Shown one piece after another: positions 50,911-64,000 of a stretch of 64,000 bases of DNA (positions are counted from its first letter, which is position 1; every line of letters begins with the position of its first letter). Location: positions 896,001 through 960,000 of the forward strand of contig CBDBCZ010000014.1 of the NCBI GenBank assembly GCA_965203295.1. Reading direction: 5' to 3'. A model generated the notes under the pieces. The model had not been told where the DNA came from. It did no database searches and saw only the letters and a list, made by a program, of their open reading frames with translations. Source of the stretch: Nitrospirales bacterium. GTDB taxonomy: Bacteria; Nitrospirota; Nitrospiria; Nitrospirales; UBA8639. A program made the position numbers and the translations under genes.

Positions 50911-53900
50911 AGTATACACAATTATAAAGATTTAATTAGTCGCCTTAATGTTTTGTACATTACTTACCCTTTGTTCGTTCCTTTATCCTTAGTTAACTGC
51001 ATACAAAGTTAGCTGTATTCTGAATACTTTTGGACGCTAGTGTTCCAAATTCATGACACACAGACATCACTGAGCTTATGGCTCATGCTGTGATTCTAGC
51101 GAGCCATAAAAATGGGCCAGCAAAATAATTCATGAACAACCGAAGCCTGGAAGAAAAAAGAGAAGGCAGTACACATAATATACATAAACTTACATACGCA
51201 TACACGACCATACAAAAATATATACGTGTATTTACATCAAGTAAACATAGATTAACACAAGTATACACTAGTATAAAGAGGTATACTCGGGTATCTACAT
51301 TTACTTACAAAAGTATACACGTGTATACTCAAGTATACCGTGGTAGACACAACCATACCAAGTATTCACTGGTATACATGGCTAAACATAAGTGTACACA
51401 AGAATAGACAGGTATACAGAGGTATACAAATAGGTATACACAACTTTACACGAGTAAAACCAAGTATACACAAGCGTGTGTATAATCAGCTACAGTCTCA
51501 TAAACAGGTACACGCAGGTATATGTGCGTATTTACATGTATACACAGGTATACCAAGTACACAAAGGCTTACACGACATGTGTATAAACGTTTAAACAGA
51601 TATGCACAAGTATACGCGGGTATAAACACCCACATGAATACACGAAAATACACAAGAATATACACGCGTATACTCATGTATACACTGGTATATACAAGTA
51701 TACAATGGCATAAAAATGGTAAACATTGGTGTATACATTTCATATACACGAGTAAACAGCCATACACAAGTATACGCGGATATGCACACGTATGCACATG
51801 AATACACACGTATGCACATGTATACCCAGGTATACAAAAACTTACACGATATTTACAGTTTTATACACTAGTAAACACAGGTATAAACAAGTACAAACTG
51901 GTAAACACACGTGTGCGCATGTATACAAGGCATACACAAGTATACAAAGGTAAAAAGAGGCATAAATGGATATTTATATTTGTATACACTAGTAAACACA
52001 GGTATACTCAAGTACACACGGGTATACACACGTATGCACTCCTATACACAAGTATACAGAGGTATAAAGTATATACATTTATATACCAGAGTAATCACAG
52101 GTATTCCAAAGTATTCGCGGGTTTACACACGTATGCAAATGTAAAAACAGGTATACACTATATCAACCGGCTTAAAGATATATACAAGGGTATCTACATT
52201 ACCTTTCCTTTGTTAACATACTTTTATCCCCAGATATGAGCTGTTATCCTGATACTTTGGATGCTAGTGTTCAAAATTCAAGGCACACTCATCACTGAGT
52301 GTATGGCCCTTCTGGTGAAGCCAGCGAGCCGTTAAAATCGGCCAGTCATGAACTACCATCTCCTGAAAGAATAAAAGAGAAGGCAGTATACATAAGTACA
52401 CTTGTTTACACAAGCATACACAAGTTAAAAACGACTAATTAAGTATATACATGGGTATACGCAAGCATACACAGGAATACAGATGTATACACGGGAATAC
52501 TAAAGTATACACGCATAAAAACTATACACATAAAATTCACCATTAAACACGGCTTTACACAAGAATACACAATTATACATGTGTATACACAAGCATACTC
52601 AGTTATGCATACACCAACAAACAAGGGTAGACACAAATATAGACAAGTATACACAGGTATGCCTACATCAGCAAACACGGGAATACACAATTATGCACAA
52701 GTATACACAGGTTAACAGAAGTATCATGGGTATACAGGAGCATAGACAAGTATACACAATTATATGCTAAAATACACAAGTATGCACAGGTATACTAAGG
52801 TTTATACATTTTTAAACCAGGTATACACAAGTATACACAAGATTAATCGGGTATACACAAGTTTACACAAGTTTACACGTCTATACACATGTATGCACAG
52901 GTATTCACAAGTCTACACAAGTATACACGTGTTTACACGTTTTTACACAAGTAAACAAGTACACACATGTATACACAGGTATATGGAAGTATAAAAAGGC
53001 ATAAAGAGGTATTCACGGATATCTACATTTGTATACTCGAGTAAACCCAGGCATACACAAGTATTCATAGGTATACATAATATGCACATGTATACACAGG
53101 CCCAAACAAGTATACACAAGTATAAAGAGGTACACACGGGTACCTAAATTTGTATACACGAGTTAACACAGGTATACACAGGTATACGTGGGTATACGCA
53201 TGAGTGCAGAAGTACACACAGGTATAAACTGGTATATACGGGTATCTACATTTGTATACACAAGTAAAAACCGGTATACACAAGTATACACAAGTATAAA
53301 GAGGTATACTCGGGTATCTACATTTTTATACAAAAGTATACGTGTATACTCAAGCATACCGTGGTAGACAAAACCATACCACAGGTAAACAAGTATTCAC
53401 TGGTATACACGGCTATGCACAAGTGTACACAATAATAGACAGGTATACAGAGGTATACAAATAGGTATACACAACTATACGCGAGTAAAACCAAGTATAC
53501 ACAAGCGCAAGTGTGTATAAACAGGTACAGTCTCATAAACTGGTATACACAAGTATATGAGCGTATTTACATGTATACACAGGTATACGCAGGTACACAC
53601 AGGTTTACACGGCTATCTACATGTGTATAAACGTTTAAACAGGTATGCACAAGTATACGCTGGTATAAACACATCCACATGAACACACGAAAATACACAA
53701 GGATATACACGCGCATACTCATGTATACACTGGTATATACTAGTATACACAGGCATAAAAAAGGTACACATTGGTATCTATATTTTATATACACGATTAA
53801 ACAGCCATACACAAGTATACGCGGGTATGCATAAGTATGCACATGTATACCCACGTATGCACATGTATACAAAGGTATACAAAAACATACACGGTATTTA

Positions 53901-56900
53901 CAGTTTTATACACTAGTAAACACAGGTATACACAAGTAAGAAAAGTTATACACACGTGTGCGCATGTATACAAGGCATACACAAGTATAAAAGGTATAAA
54001 GAGGCATCAATGGGTATTTACATTTGTATACACTAGTAAACACAGGTATACTGAAGTATACACGGGTATTCACACGTAAGCACTCGTATACACAAGAATA
54101 CACAGGTATACAGTATATACATTTATATACCAGAGTAATCACGAAGTATACGCGGGTTTACACACGTATGCAAATGTATAAACAGGTATACACCATATGA
54201 ACCGGTATAAAGATTTATACAAGGGTATCTACATTACCTATCCTTTGTTAACATACTTTTATCTCCAGATATGAGCTGTTATCCGGATACTTTGGATGCT
54301 AGCTTTCCAAATTCATGACACACTCATCACTGAGTGTATGGCCCTTCTGGTGATGCCAACGAGCCATAAAAATGGGCCAGTCATGAACTACCATCTCCTG
54401 AAAGAATAAAAGAGAAGGCAGTATACACAAATACACGTGTTTACACAAGCATACACCAGTAAAAATGACTAATTAAGTATATACATGGGTATAAACAAAC
54501 ATACACAGGAATACAGATGTATACACGGGAATAAAAAAGTATACACGGGTAAAAACTATACACAGATAAAATTAACCATTAAACTCGGCTTTACACCAGT
54601 ATACACAATTATACATGTGTATACACAAGTATACACAGTTATGCATACACCAACAAACAAGGGTATACACAATATAGACAAGTATACACAGGTATGCCTA
54701 AATCAGCGAACACGGGTATACACAAATATGCACAAGTATACACAGGTTAACAGAAGTATACATGGGTATATACGAGCATACACGAGTATACACAATGATA
54801 TGCTCAAATACACAAGTATGCACAGGTATACAAAGGCTCATACAGGTTTAAACCAGGTATACACAAGTATACACAAGATTACACGGGTATACACAAGTTT
54901 ACACAAGTTTACACAAGTTTACACTTCTATACACATGTATGCACAAGTATATACAAGTATACACAAGTATACACGTGTTTACACGTGTTTACACAAGTAA
55001 ACACAAGTACACACATGTACACACAGGTATACGGAAGTATACAAAGGCATAAAGAGGTATTCATGAATATCTACATTTGTATACTCGAGTAAACCCAGGC
55101 AACCACAAGTATACGCAGGTATACACCATATGCACATGTATACGCAGGCACAAACAAGTATACACAAGTATAAAGAGGTACATACGGGTACATAAATTTG
55201 TATACACGAGTTAACACAGGTATACACAGGTATACGTGGGTATACGCATGAGTGCAGAAGTACACACAGGTATAAACTGGTATATACGGGTATCTACATT
55301 TGTATACACAAGTAAAAACCGGTATACACAAGTATACACAAGTATAAAGAGGTATACTCGGTTATCTACATTTGTATACAAAAGTATACATGTGTATACT
55401 CAAGTATACCGTGGTAGACAACCATACCACAGGTAAACAAGTATTCACTGGTATACACGGCTATGCACAAGTGTACACAAGAACAAACAGGTATACAGAG
55501 GTATACAAATAGGTATACACAACTATACGCGTGTAAAACCAAGTATACACAAGCGTAAGTGTGTATAAACAGGTACAGTCTCATAAACTGGTATACACAA
55601 GTATATGTGCGTATTTACAAGTATACACAGGTATACGCAGGTACACACAGGTTTACGCGGGTATCTAACTGTGTATAAGCGTTTAAACAGGTATGCACAA
55701 GTATATACGGGTATAAGCACACATCCACATGAACACAAGAATACACAAGGATATTCACGCGTATACTCATGTATACACTGGTATATACAAGTATACACAG
55801 GCATAAAAAGGGTACACATGGGTATCTACATTTTATATACACGAGTAAACAGGTATACACAAGTATACGCGGGTATGCACACGTATGCACATGTATACAA
55901 AGGTATACAAAAACATACACGGTATTTAGTTTTATACACTAGTAAACAGGTATACGCAAGTAACAACAGGTATACACACGTGTGCACATGTATACAAGGC
56001 ATACACAAGTATAAAAGGTATAAAGAGGCATCAATGGGTATTTACATTTGTATACACTAGTAAACACAGGTATACTGAAGTATACACGGGTATACACACG
56101 TAAGCACTCGTATACACAAGAATACACAGGTATACAGTATATACATTTATATACCAGAGTAATCACGAAGTATACGCGGGTTTACACACGTATGCAAATG
56201 TATAAACAGGTATACACCATATGAACCGGTATAAAGATATATACAAGGGTATTTACATTACCTATCCTTTGTTAACATACTTTTATCTCCAGATATGAGC
56301 TGTTATCCGGATACTTTGGATGCTAGCTTTCCAAATTCATGACACACTCATCACTGAGTGTATGGCCCTTCTGGTGATGCCAGCGAGCCATAAAAATGGG
56401 CCAGTCATGAACTACCATCTCCTGAAAGAATAAAAGAGAAGGCAGTATACACAAATACACGTGTTTACACAAGCATACACCAGTAAAAATGACTAATTAA
56501 GTATAACCATGGGTATAAACAAACATACACAGGAATACAGATGTATACACGGGAATACAAAAGTATACACGGGTAAAAACTATACACAGATAAAATTCAC
56601 CATTAAACTCGGCTTTACACAAGTATACACAATTATACATCTGTATACACAAGTATACACAGTTATGCATACACTAACAAACAAGGGTATACACAAATAT
56701 AGACAAGTATACACAGGTATGCCTAAATCAGCGAACACGGGTATACACAAATATGCACAAGTATACACAGGTTAACAGAAGTATACATGGGTATATACAA
56801 GCATACACGAGTATACACAATGATATGCTCAAATACACAAGTATGCACAGGTATACAAAGGCTCATACAGGTTTAAACCAGGTATACACAAGTATACACA

Positions 56901-59900
56901 AGATTACACGGGTATACACAAGTTTACACAAGTTTACACAAGTTTACACAAGTTTACACTTCTATACACATGTATGCACAAGTATATACAAGTATACACA
57001 AGTATACACGTGTTTACACGTGTTTACACAAGTAAACACAAGTACACACATGTATACACAGGTATACGGAAGTATACAAAGGTATAAAGAGGTATTCATG
57101 AATATCTACATTTGTATACTCGAGTAAACCCAGGCAACCACAAGTATACGCAGGTATACACAATATGCACATGTATACACAGGCACAAACAAGTATACAC
57201 AAGTATAAAGAGGTACACACGGGTACCTAAATTTGTATACACGAGTTAACACAGGTATACACAGGTATACGTAGGTATACGCACGAGTGCAGAAGTATAC
57301 ACAGGTATGCATAAGTACACACAGGTATAAACTGGTATATACGAATATTTACATTTGTATACACAAGTAAACATAGGTAAACACAAGTATACACTAGTAT
57401 AAAGAGGTATACTCGGGTATCTACATTTATATACAAAAGTATACACGTGTATACTCAAGTATACCGTGGTAGACACAACCATACCACAGGTAAACAAGTA
57501 TTCACTGGTATACACGGCTATGCACAAGTGTACACAAGAATAGACAGGTATACAGAGGTATACAAATAGGTATACACAACTATACGCGAGTAAAACCAAG
57601 TATACACAAGCGTAAGTGTGTATAAACAGGTACAGTCTCATAAACTGGTATACACAAGTATATGTGCATATTTACATGTATACACAGGTATACGCAGGTA
57701 CACACAGGTTTACGCGGGTATCTAACTGTGTATAAACGTTTAAACAGGTATGCACAAGTATACGCGGGTATAAGCACACATCCACATGAACACAAGAATA
57801 CACAAGGATATTCACGCGTATACTCATGTATACACTGGTATATACAAGTATACACAGGCACAAAAAGGCTACACATAGGTATCTACATTTACACACGTAT
57901 GCAATGTATAAACAGGTATACACTATATGAACCGGTATAAAGATATATACAAGGGTATCTACATTACCTATCCTTTGTTAACATACTTTTATCCCCAGAT
58001 ATGAGCTGTTATCCTGATACTTTGGATGCTAGTGCTCCAAATTTATGACACACACATCACTGAGTGTATGGCCCTTCCGGTGTTGCCAGCGAGCCATAGA
58101 AATCAGCCAGTCATGAACTACCATCTCCTGAAGGAATAAAAGAGAAGGCAGTATACTCGTATACACAAGTATACGCGGGTATAAGCACACATCCACATGA
58201 ACACAAGAATACACAAGGATATTCACGCGTATACTCATGCATACACTGGTATATACAAGTATACACAGGCATAAAAAGGGTACACATGGGTATCTACATT
58301 TTATATACACGAGTAAACAGGCATACACAAGTATACGCGGGTATGCACACGTATGCACATGTATACACAGGTATACAAAAACAAACACGGTATTTACAGT
58401 TTTATACACTAGTAAACACAGGTATACACAAGTAAAAACAGGAATACACACGTGTGCGCATGTATACAAGGCATACACAAGTATACAAAGGTATAAAGAG
58501 GCATAAATTGGTATTTACAATTGTATACACTAGTAAATACAGGTATACTCAAGTACACACGGGTATACACACGTATGCACTCGTATACACAAGTATACAC
58601 AGGTATAAAGTATATACATTTATATACTGGAGTAATCGCAGGTATTCCAAAGTATGCGCGGGTTTACACACGTATGCAAATGTATAAACAGGTATACACT
58701 ATATGAACTGGTATAAAGATATATACAAGGGTATCCACATTACCTATCCTTTGTTAACATACTTTTATCCCCAGATATGAGCTGTTATCCTGATACTTTG
58801 GATGCTAGTGTTCCAAATTCATGACACACACATCACTGAGTTTATGGCCCTTCTGGTGATGCCAGCGAACCATGAAAATGGGCCAGTCATGAACTACCAT
58901 CTCCTGAAAGAATAAAAGAGAAGGCAGTATACACAAATACACGTGTTTACACAAGCATACACCAGTAAAAATGACTAATTAAGTATATACATGGGTATAA
59001 ACAAACATACACAGGAATACAGATGTATACACGGGAATAAAAAAGTATACAAGGGTAAAAACTATACACAGATAAAATTAACCATTAAACTCGGCTTTAC
59101 ACCAGTATACACAATTATACATGTGTATACACAAGTATACACAGTTATGCATACACCAACAAACAAGGGTATACACAATATAGACAAGTATACACAGGTA
59201 TGCCTAAATCAGCGAACACGGGTATACACAAATATGCACAAGTATACACAGGTTAACAGAAGTATACATGGGTATATACGAGCATACACGAGTATACACA
59301 ATGATATGCTCAAATACACAAGTATGCACAGGTATACAAAGGCTCATACAGGTTTAAACCAGGTATACACAAGTATACACAAGATTACACGGGTATACAC
59401 AAGTTTACACAAGTTTACACAAGTTTACACAAGTTTACACTTCTATACACATGTATGCACAAGTATATACAAGTATACACAAGTATACACGTGTTTACAC
59501 GTGTTTACACAAGTAAACACAAGTACACACATGTACACACAGGTATACGGAAGTATACAAAGGCATAAAGAGGTATTCATGAATATCTACATTTGTATAC
59601 TCGAGTAAACCCAGGCAACCACAAGTATACGCAGGTATACACCATATGCACATGTATACGCAGGCACAAACAAGTATACACAAGTATAAAGAGGTACATA
59701 CGGGTACATAAATTTGTATACACGAGTTAACACAGGTATACACAGGTATACGTGGGTATACGCATGAGTGCAGAAGTACACACAGGTATAAACTGGTATA
59801 TACGGGTATCTACATTTGTATACACAAGTAAAAACCGGTATACACAAGTATACACAAGTATAAAGAGGTATACTCGGTTATCTACATTTGTATACAAAAG

Positions 59901-62900
59901 TATACATGTGTATACTCAAGTATACCGTGGTAGACAACCATACCACAGGTAAACAAGTATTCACTGGTATACACGGCTATGCACAAGTGTACACAAGAAC
60001 AAACAGGTATACAGAGGTATACAAATAGGTATACACAACTATACGCGAGTAAAACCAAGTATACACAAGCGTAAGTGTGTATAAACAGGTACAGTCTCAT
60101 AAACTGGTATACACAAGTATATGTGCGTATTTACAAGTATACACAGGTATACGCAGGTACACACAGGTTTACGCGGGTATCTAACTGTGTATAAGCGTTT
60201 AAACAGGTATGCACAAGTATATACGGGTATAAGCACACATCCACATGAACACAAGAATACACAAGGATATTCACGCGTATACTCATGTATACACTGGTAT
60301 ATACAAGTATACACAGGCATAAAAAGGGTACACATGGGTATCTACATTTTATATACACGAGTAAACAGGTATACACAAGTATACGCGGGTATGCACACGT
60401 ATGCACATGTATACAAAGGTATACAAAAACATACACGGTATTTAGTTTTATACACTAGTAAACAGGTATACGCAAGTAACAACAGGTATACACACGTGTG
60501 CACATGTATACAAGGCATACACAAGTATAAAAGGTATAAAGAGGCATCAATGGGTATTTACATTTGTATACACTAGTAAACACAGGTATACTGAAGTATA
60601 CACGGGTATACACACGTAAGCACTCGTATACACAAGAATACACAGGTATACAGTATATACATTTATATACCAGAGTAATCACGAAGTATACGCGGGTTTA
60701 CACACGTATGCAAATGTATAAACAGGTATACACCATATGAACCGGTATAAAGATATATACAAGGGTATTTACATTACCTATCCTTTGTTAACATACTTTT
60801 ATCTCCAGATATGAGCTGTTATCCGGATACTTTGGATGCTAGCTTTCCAAATTCATGACACACTCATCACTGAGTGTATGGCCCTTCTGGTGATGCCAGC
60901 GAGCCATAAAAATGGGCCAGTCATGAACTACCATCTCCTGAAAGAATAAAAGAGAAGGCAGTATACACAAATACACGTGTTTACACAAGCATACACCAGT
61001 AAAAATGACTAATTAAGTATATACATGGGTATAAACAAACATACACAGGAATACAGATGTATACACGGGAATACAAAAGTATACACGGGTAAAAACTATA
61101 CACAGATAAAATTCACCATTAAACTCGGCTTTACACAAGTATACACAATTATACATCTGTATACACAAGTATACACAGTTATGCATACACTAACAAACAA
61201 GGGTATACACAAATATAGACAAGTATACACAGGTATGCCTAAATCAGCGAACACGGGTATACACAAATATGCACAAGTATACACAGGTTAACAGAAGTAT
61301 ACATGGGTATATACAAGCATACACGAGTATACACAATGATATGCTCAAATACACAAGTATGCACAGGTATACAAAGGCTCATACAGGTTTAAACCAGGTA
61401 TACACAAGTATACACAAGATTACACGGGTATACACAAGTTTACACAAGTTTACACAAGTTTACACAAGTTTACACTTCTATACACATGTATGCACAAGTA
61501 TATACAAGTATACACAAGTATACACGTGTTTACACGTGTTTACACGTGTTTACACAAGTAAACACAAGTACACACATGTATACACAGGTATACGGAAGTA
61601 TACAAAGGTATAAAGAGGTATTCATGAATATCTACATTTGTATACTCGAGTAAACCCAGGCAACCACAAGTATACGCAGGTATACACAATATGCACATGT
61701 ATACACAGGCACAAACAAGTATACACAAGTATAAAGAGGTACACACGGGTACCTAAATTTGTATACACGAGTTAACACAGGTATACACAGGTATACGTAG
61801 GTATACGCACGAGTGCAGAAGTATACACAGGTATGCATAAGTACACACAGGTATAAACTGGTATATACGAATATTTACATTTGTATACACAAGTAAACAT
61901 AGGTAAACACAAGTATACACTAGTATAAAGAGGTATACTCGGGTATCTACATTTATATACAAAAGTATACACGTGTATACTCAAGTATACCGTGGTAGAC
62001 ACAACCATACCACAGGTAAACAAGTATTCACTGGTATACACGGCTATGCACAAGTGTACACAAGAATAGACAGGTATACAGAGGTATACAAATAGGTATA
62101 CACAACTATACGCGAGTAAAACCAAGTATACACAAGCGTAAGTGTGTATAAACAGGTACAGTCTCATAAACTGGTATACACAAGTATATGTGCATATTTA
62201 CATGTATACACAGGTATACGCAGGTACACACAGGTTTACGCGGGTATCTAACTGTGTATAAACGTTTAAACAGGTATGCACAAGTATACGCGGGTATAAG
62301 CACACATCCACATGAACACAAGAATACACAAGGATATTCACGCGTATACTCATGTATACACTGGTATATACAAGTATACACAGGCACAAAAAGGCTACAC
62401 ATAGGTATCTACATTTACACACGTATGCAATGTATAAACAGGTATACACTATATGAACCGGTATAAAGATATATACAAGGGTATCTACATTACCTATCCT
62501 TTGTTAACATACTTTTATCCCCAGATATGAGCTGTTATCCTGATACTTTGGATGCTAGTGCTCCAAATTTATGACACACACATCACTGAGTGTATGGCCC
62601 TTCCGGTGTTGCCAGCGAGCCATAGAAATCAGCCAGTCATGAACTACCATCTCCTGAAGGAATAAAAGAGAAGGCAGTATACTCGTATACACAAGTATAC
62701 ACATGTGTATAAACGTTTAAACAGGTATGCACAAGTATACGCGGTATAAGCACACATCCACATGAACACAAGAATACACAAGGATATTCACGCGTATACT
62801 CATGCATACACTGGTATATACAAGTATACACAGGCATAAAAAGGGTACACATGGGTATCTACATTTTATATACACGAGTAAACAGGCATACACAAGTATA

Positions 62901-64000
62901 CGCGGGTATGCACACGTATGCACATGTATACACAGGTATACAAAAACAAACACGGTATTTACAGTTTTATACACTAGTAAACACAGGTATACACAAGTAA
63001 AAACAGGAATACACACGTGTGCGCATGTATACAAGGCATACACAAGTATACAAAGGTATAAAGAGGCATAAATTGGTATTTACAATTGTATACACTAGTA
63101 AATACAGGTATACTCAAGTACACACGGGTATACACACGTATGCACTCGTATACACAAGTATACACAGGTATAAAGTATATACATTTATATACTGGAGTAA
63201 TCGCAGGTATTCCAAAGTATGCGCGGGTTTACACACGTATGCAAATGTATAAACAGGTATACACTATATGAACTGGTATAAAGATATATACAAGGGTATC
63301 CACATTACCTATCCTTTGTTAACATACTTTTATCCCCAGATATGAGCTGTTATCCTGATACTTTGGATGCTAGTGTTCCAAATTCATGACACACACATCA
63401 CTGAGTTTATGGCCCTTCTGGTGATGCCAGCGAACCATGAAAATGGGCCAGTCATGAACTACCATCTCCTGAAAGAATAAAAGAGAAGGCAGTATACACA
63501 AGTACACGTGTTTACACAAGCATACACAAGTAAAAACGACGTAATTAAGTATATACACGGGTATACACATGCATACACAGGAATACAGATGTATACACGG
63601 GAATACAAAAGTATACACGGGTAAACAAATATACACAGATAAAATTCACCATTAAACACGGCTTTACACAAGTATACACAATTATACATGTGTATACACA
63701 AGTATACACAGTTATGCATACACCAACAAACAAGGGTATACACAAATATGGACAAGTATACACAGGTATGCCTACATCAGCAAACAAGGGTATACACAAA
63801 TATGCACAAGTATACACAGGTTAACAGAAGTATACATGGGTATATACGAGCATACACGAGTATACACAATTATACGCTGAAATACACAAGTATGCACAGG
63901 TATACAAAGTATACACAAGATTACACGGGTATACACAAGTATACACAAGTTTACACAAATTTACACGTCTATACACATGTTGCACAGGTATACACAAGTA
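50911..64000 (-). repeat. Right arm: same 10-bp satellite and higher-order units in inverted orientation, running past the window end
   Basis: CACAAGTATA decamers; inverted cores at ~50960 (divergent), 52200, 54235, 56258, 57965, 58740, 60775, 62490 and 63305. Confidence 0.95.

Noticed and set aside
50434..51012. 192-aa Phe-rich ORF
   Set aside because: Translation of a pyrimidine low-complexity tract.
29596..64000. Dozens of Y/T/C/V/H-rich ORFs
   Set aside because: Six-frame translations of the 10-bp satellite, overlapping on both strands with no protein-like composition.

Overview
Repeat-rich animal genomic DNA with spliceosomal introns. A demosponge or other marine invertebrate is inferred from the gene and TE types but not proven. 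Almost all ORFs in the supplied track are artefacts of satellites. The first 32 kb hold: three terminal exons of an unidentified + strand gene; a decayed Ig-HormR-GAIN-7TM adhesion GPCR (- strand); a THAP9/P-element transposase relic; a Crypton-type (DUF3504) tyrosine-recombinase relic; a Helentron-like element; several MITEs; a tRNA-Thr-like element; and minisatellites/satellites. From about 32.05 kb to beyond the window end lies one mirror-symmetric, foldback-like structure. Each arm carries a 10-bp satellite in ~2-kb higher-order units, each with an exon-like core, then an A/T-rich tract and an outward-facing tRNA-like Pol III cassette. The arms flank a ~9-kb array of 114-115-bp repeats. 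Also notable is a family of small 'IR + 5-bp spacer + long palindrome' elements, most with a GCGAAGC-type hairpin apex. Their junctions resemble tyrosine-recombinase sites, and a similar junction lies at the 3' end of the Crypton relic.
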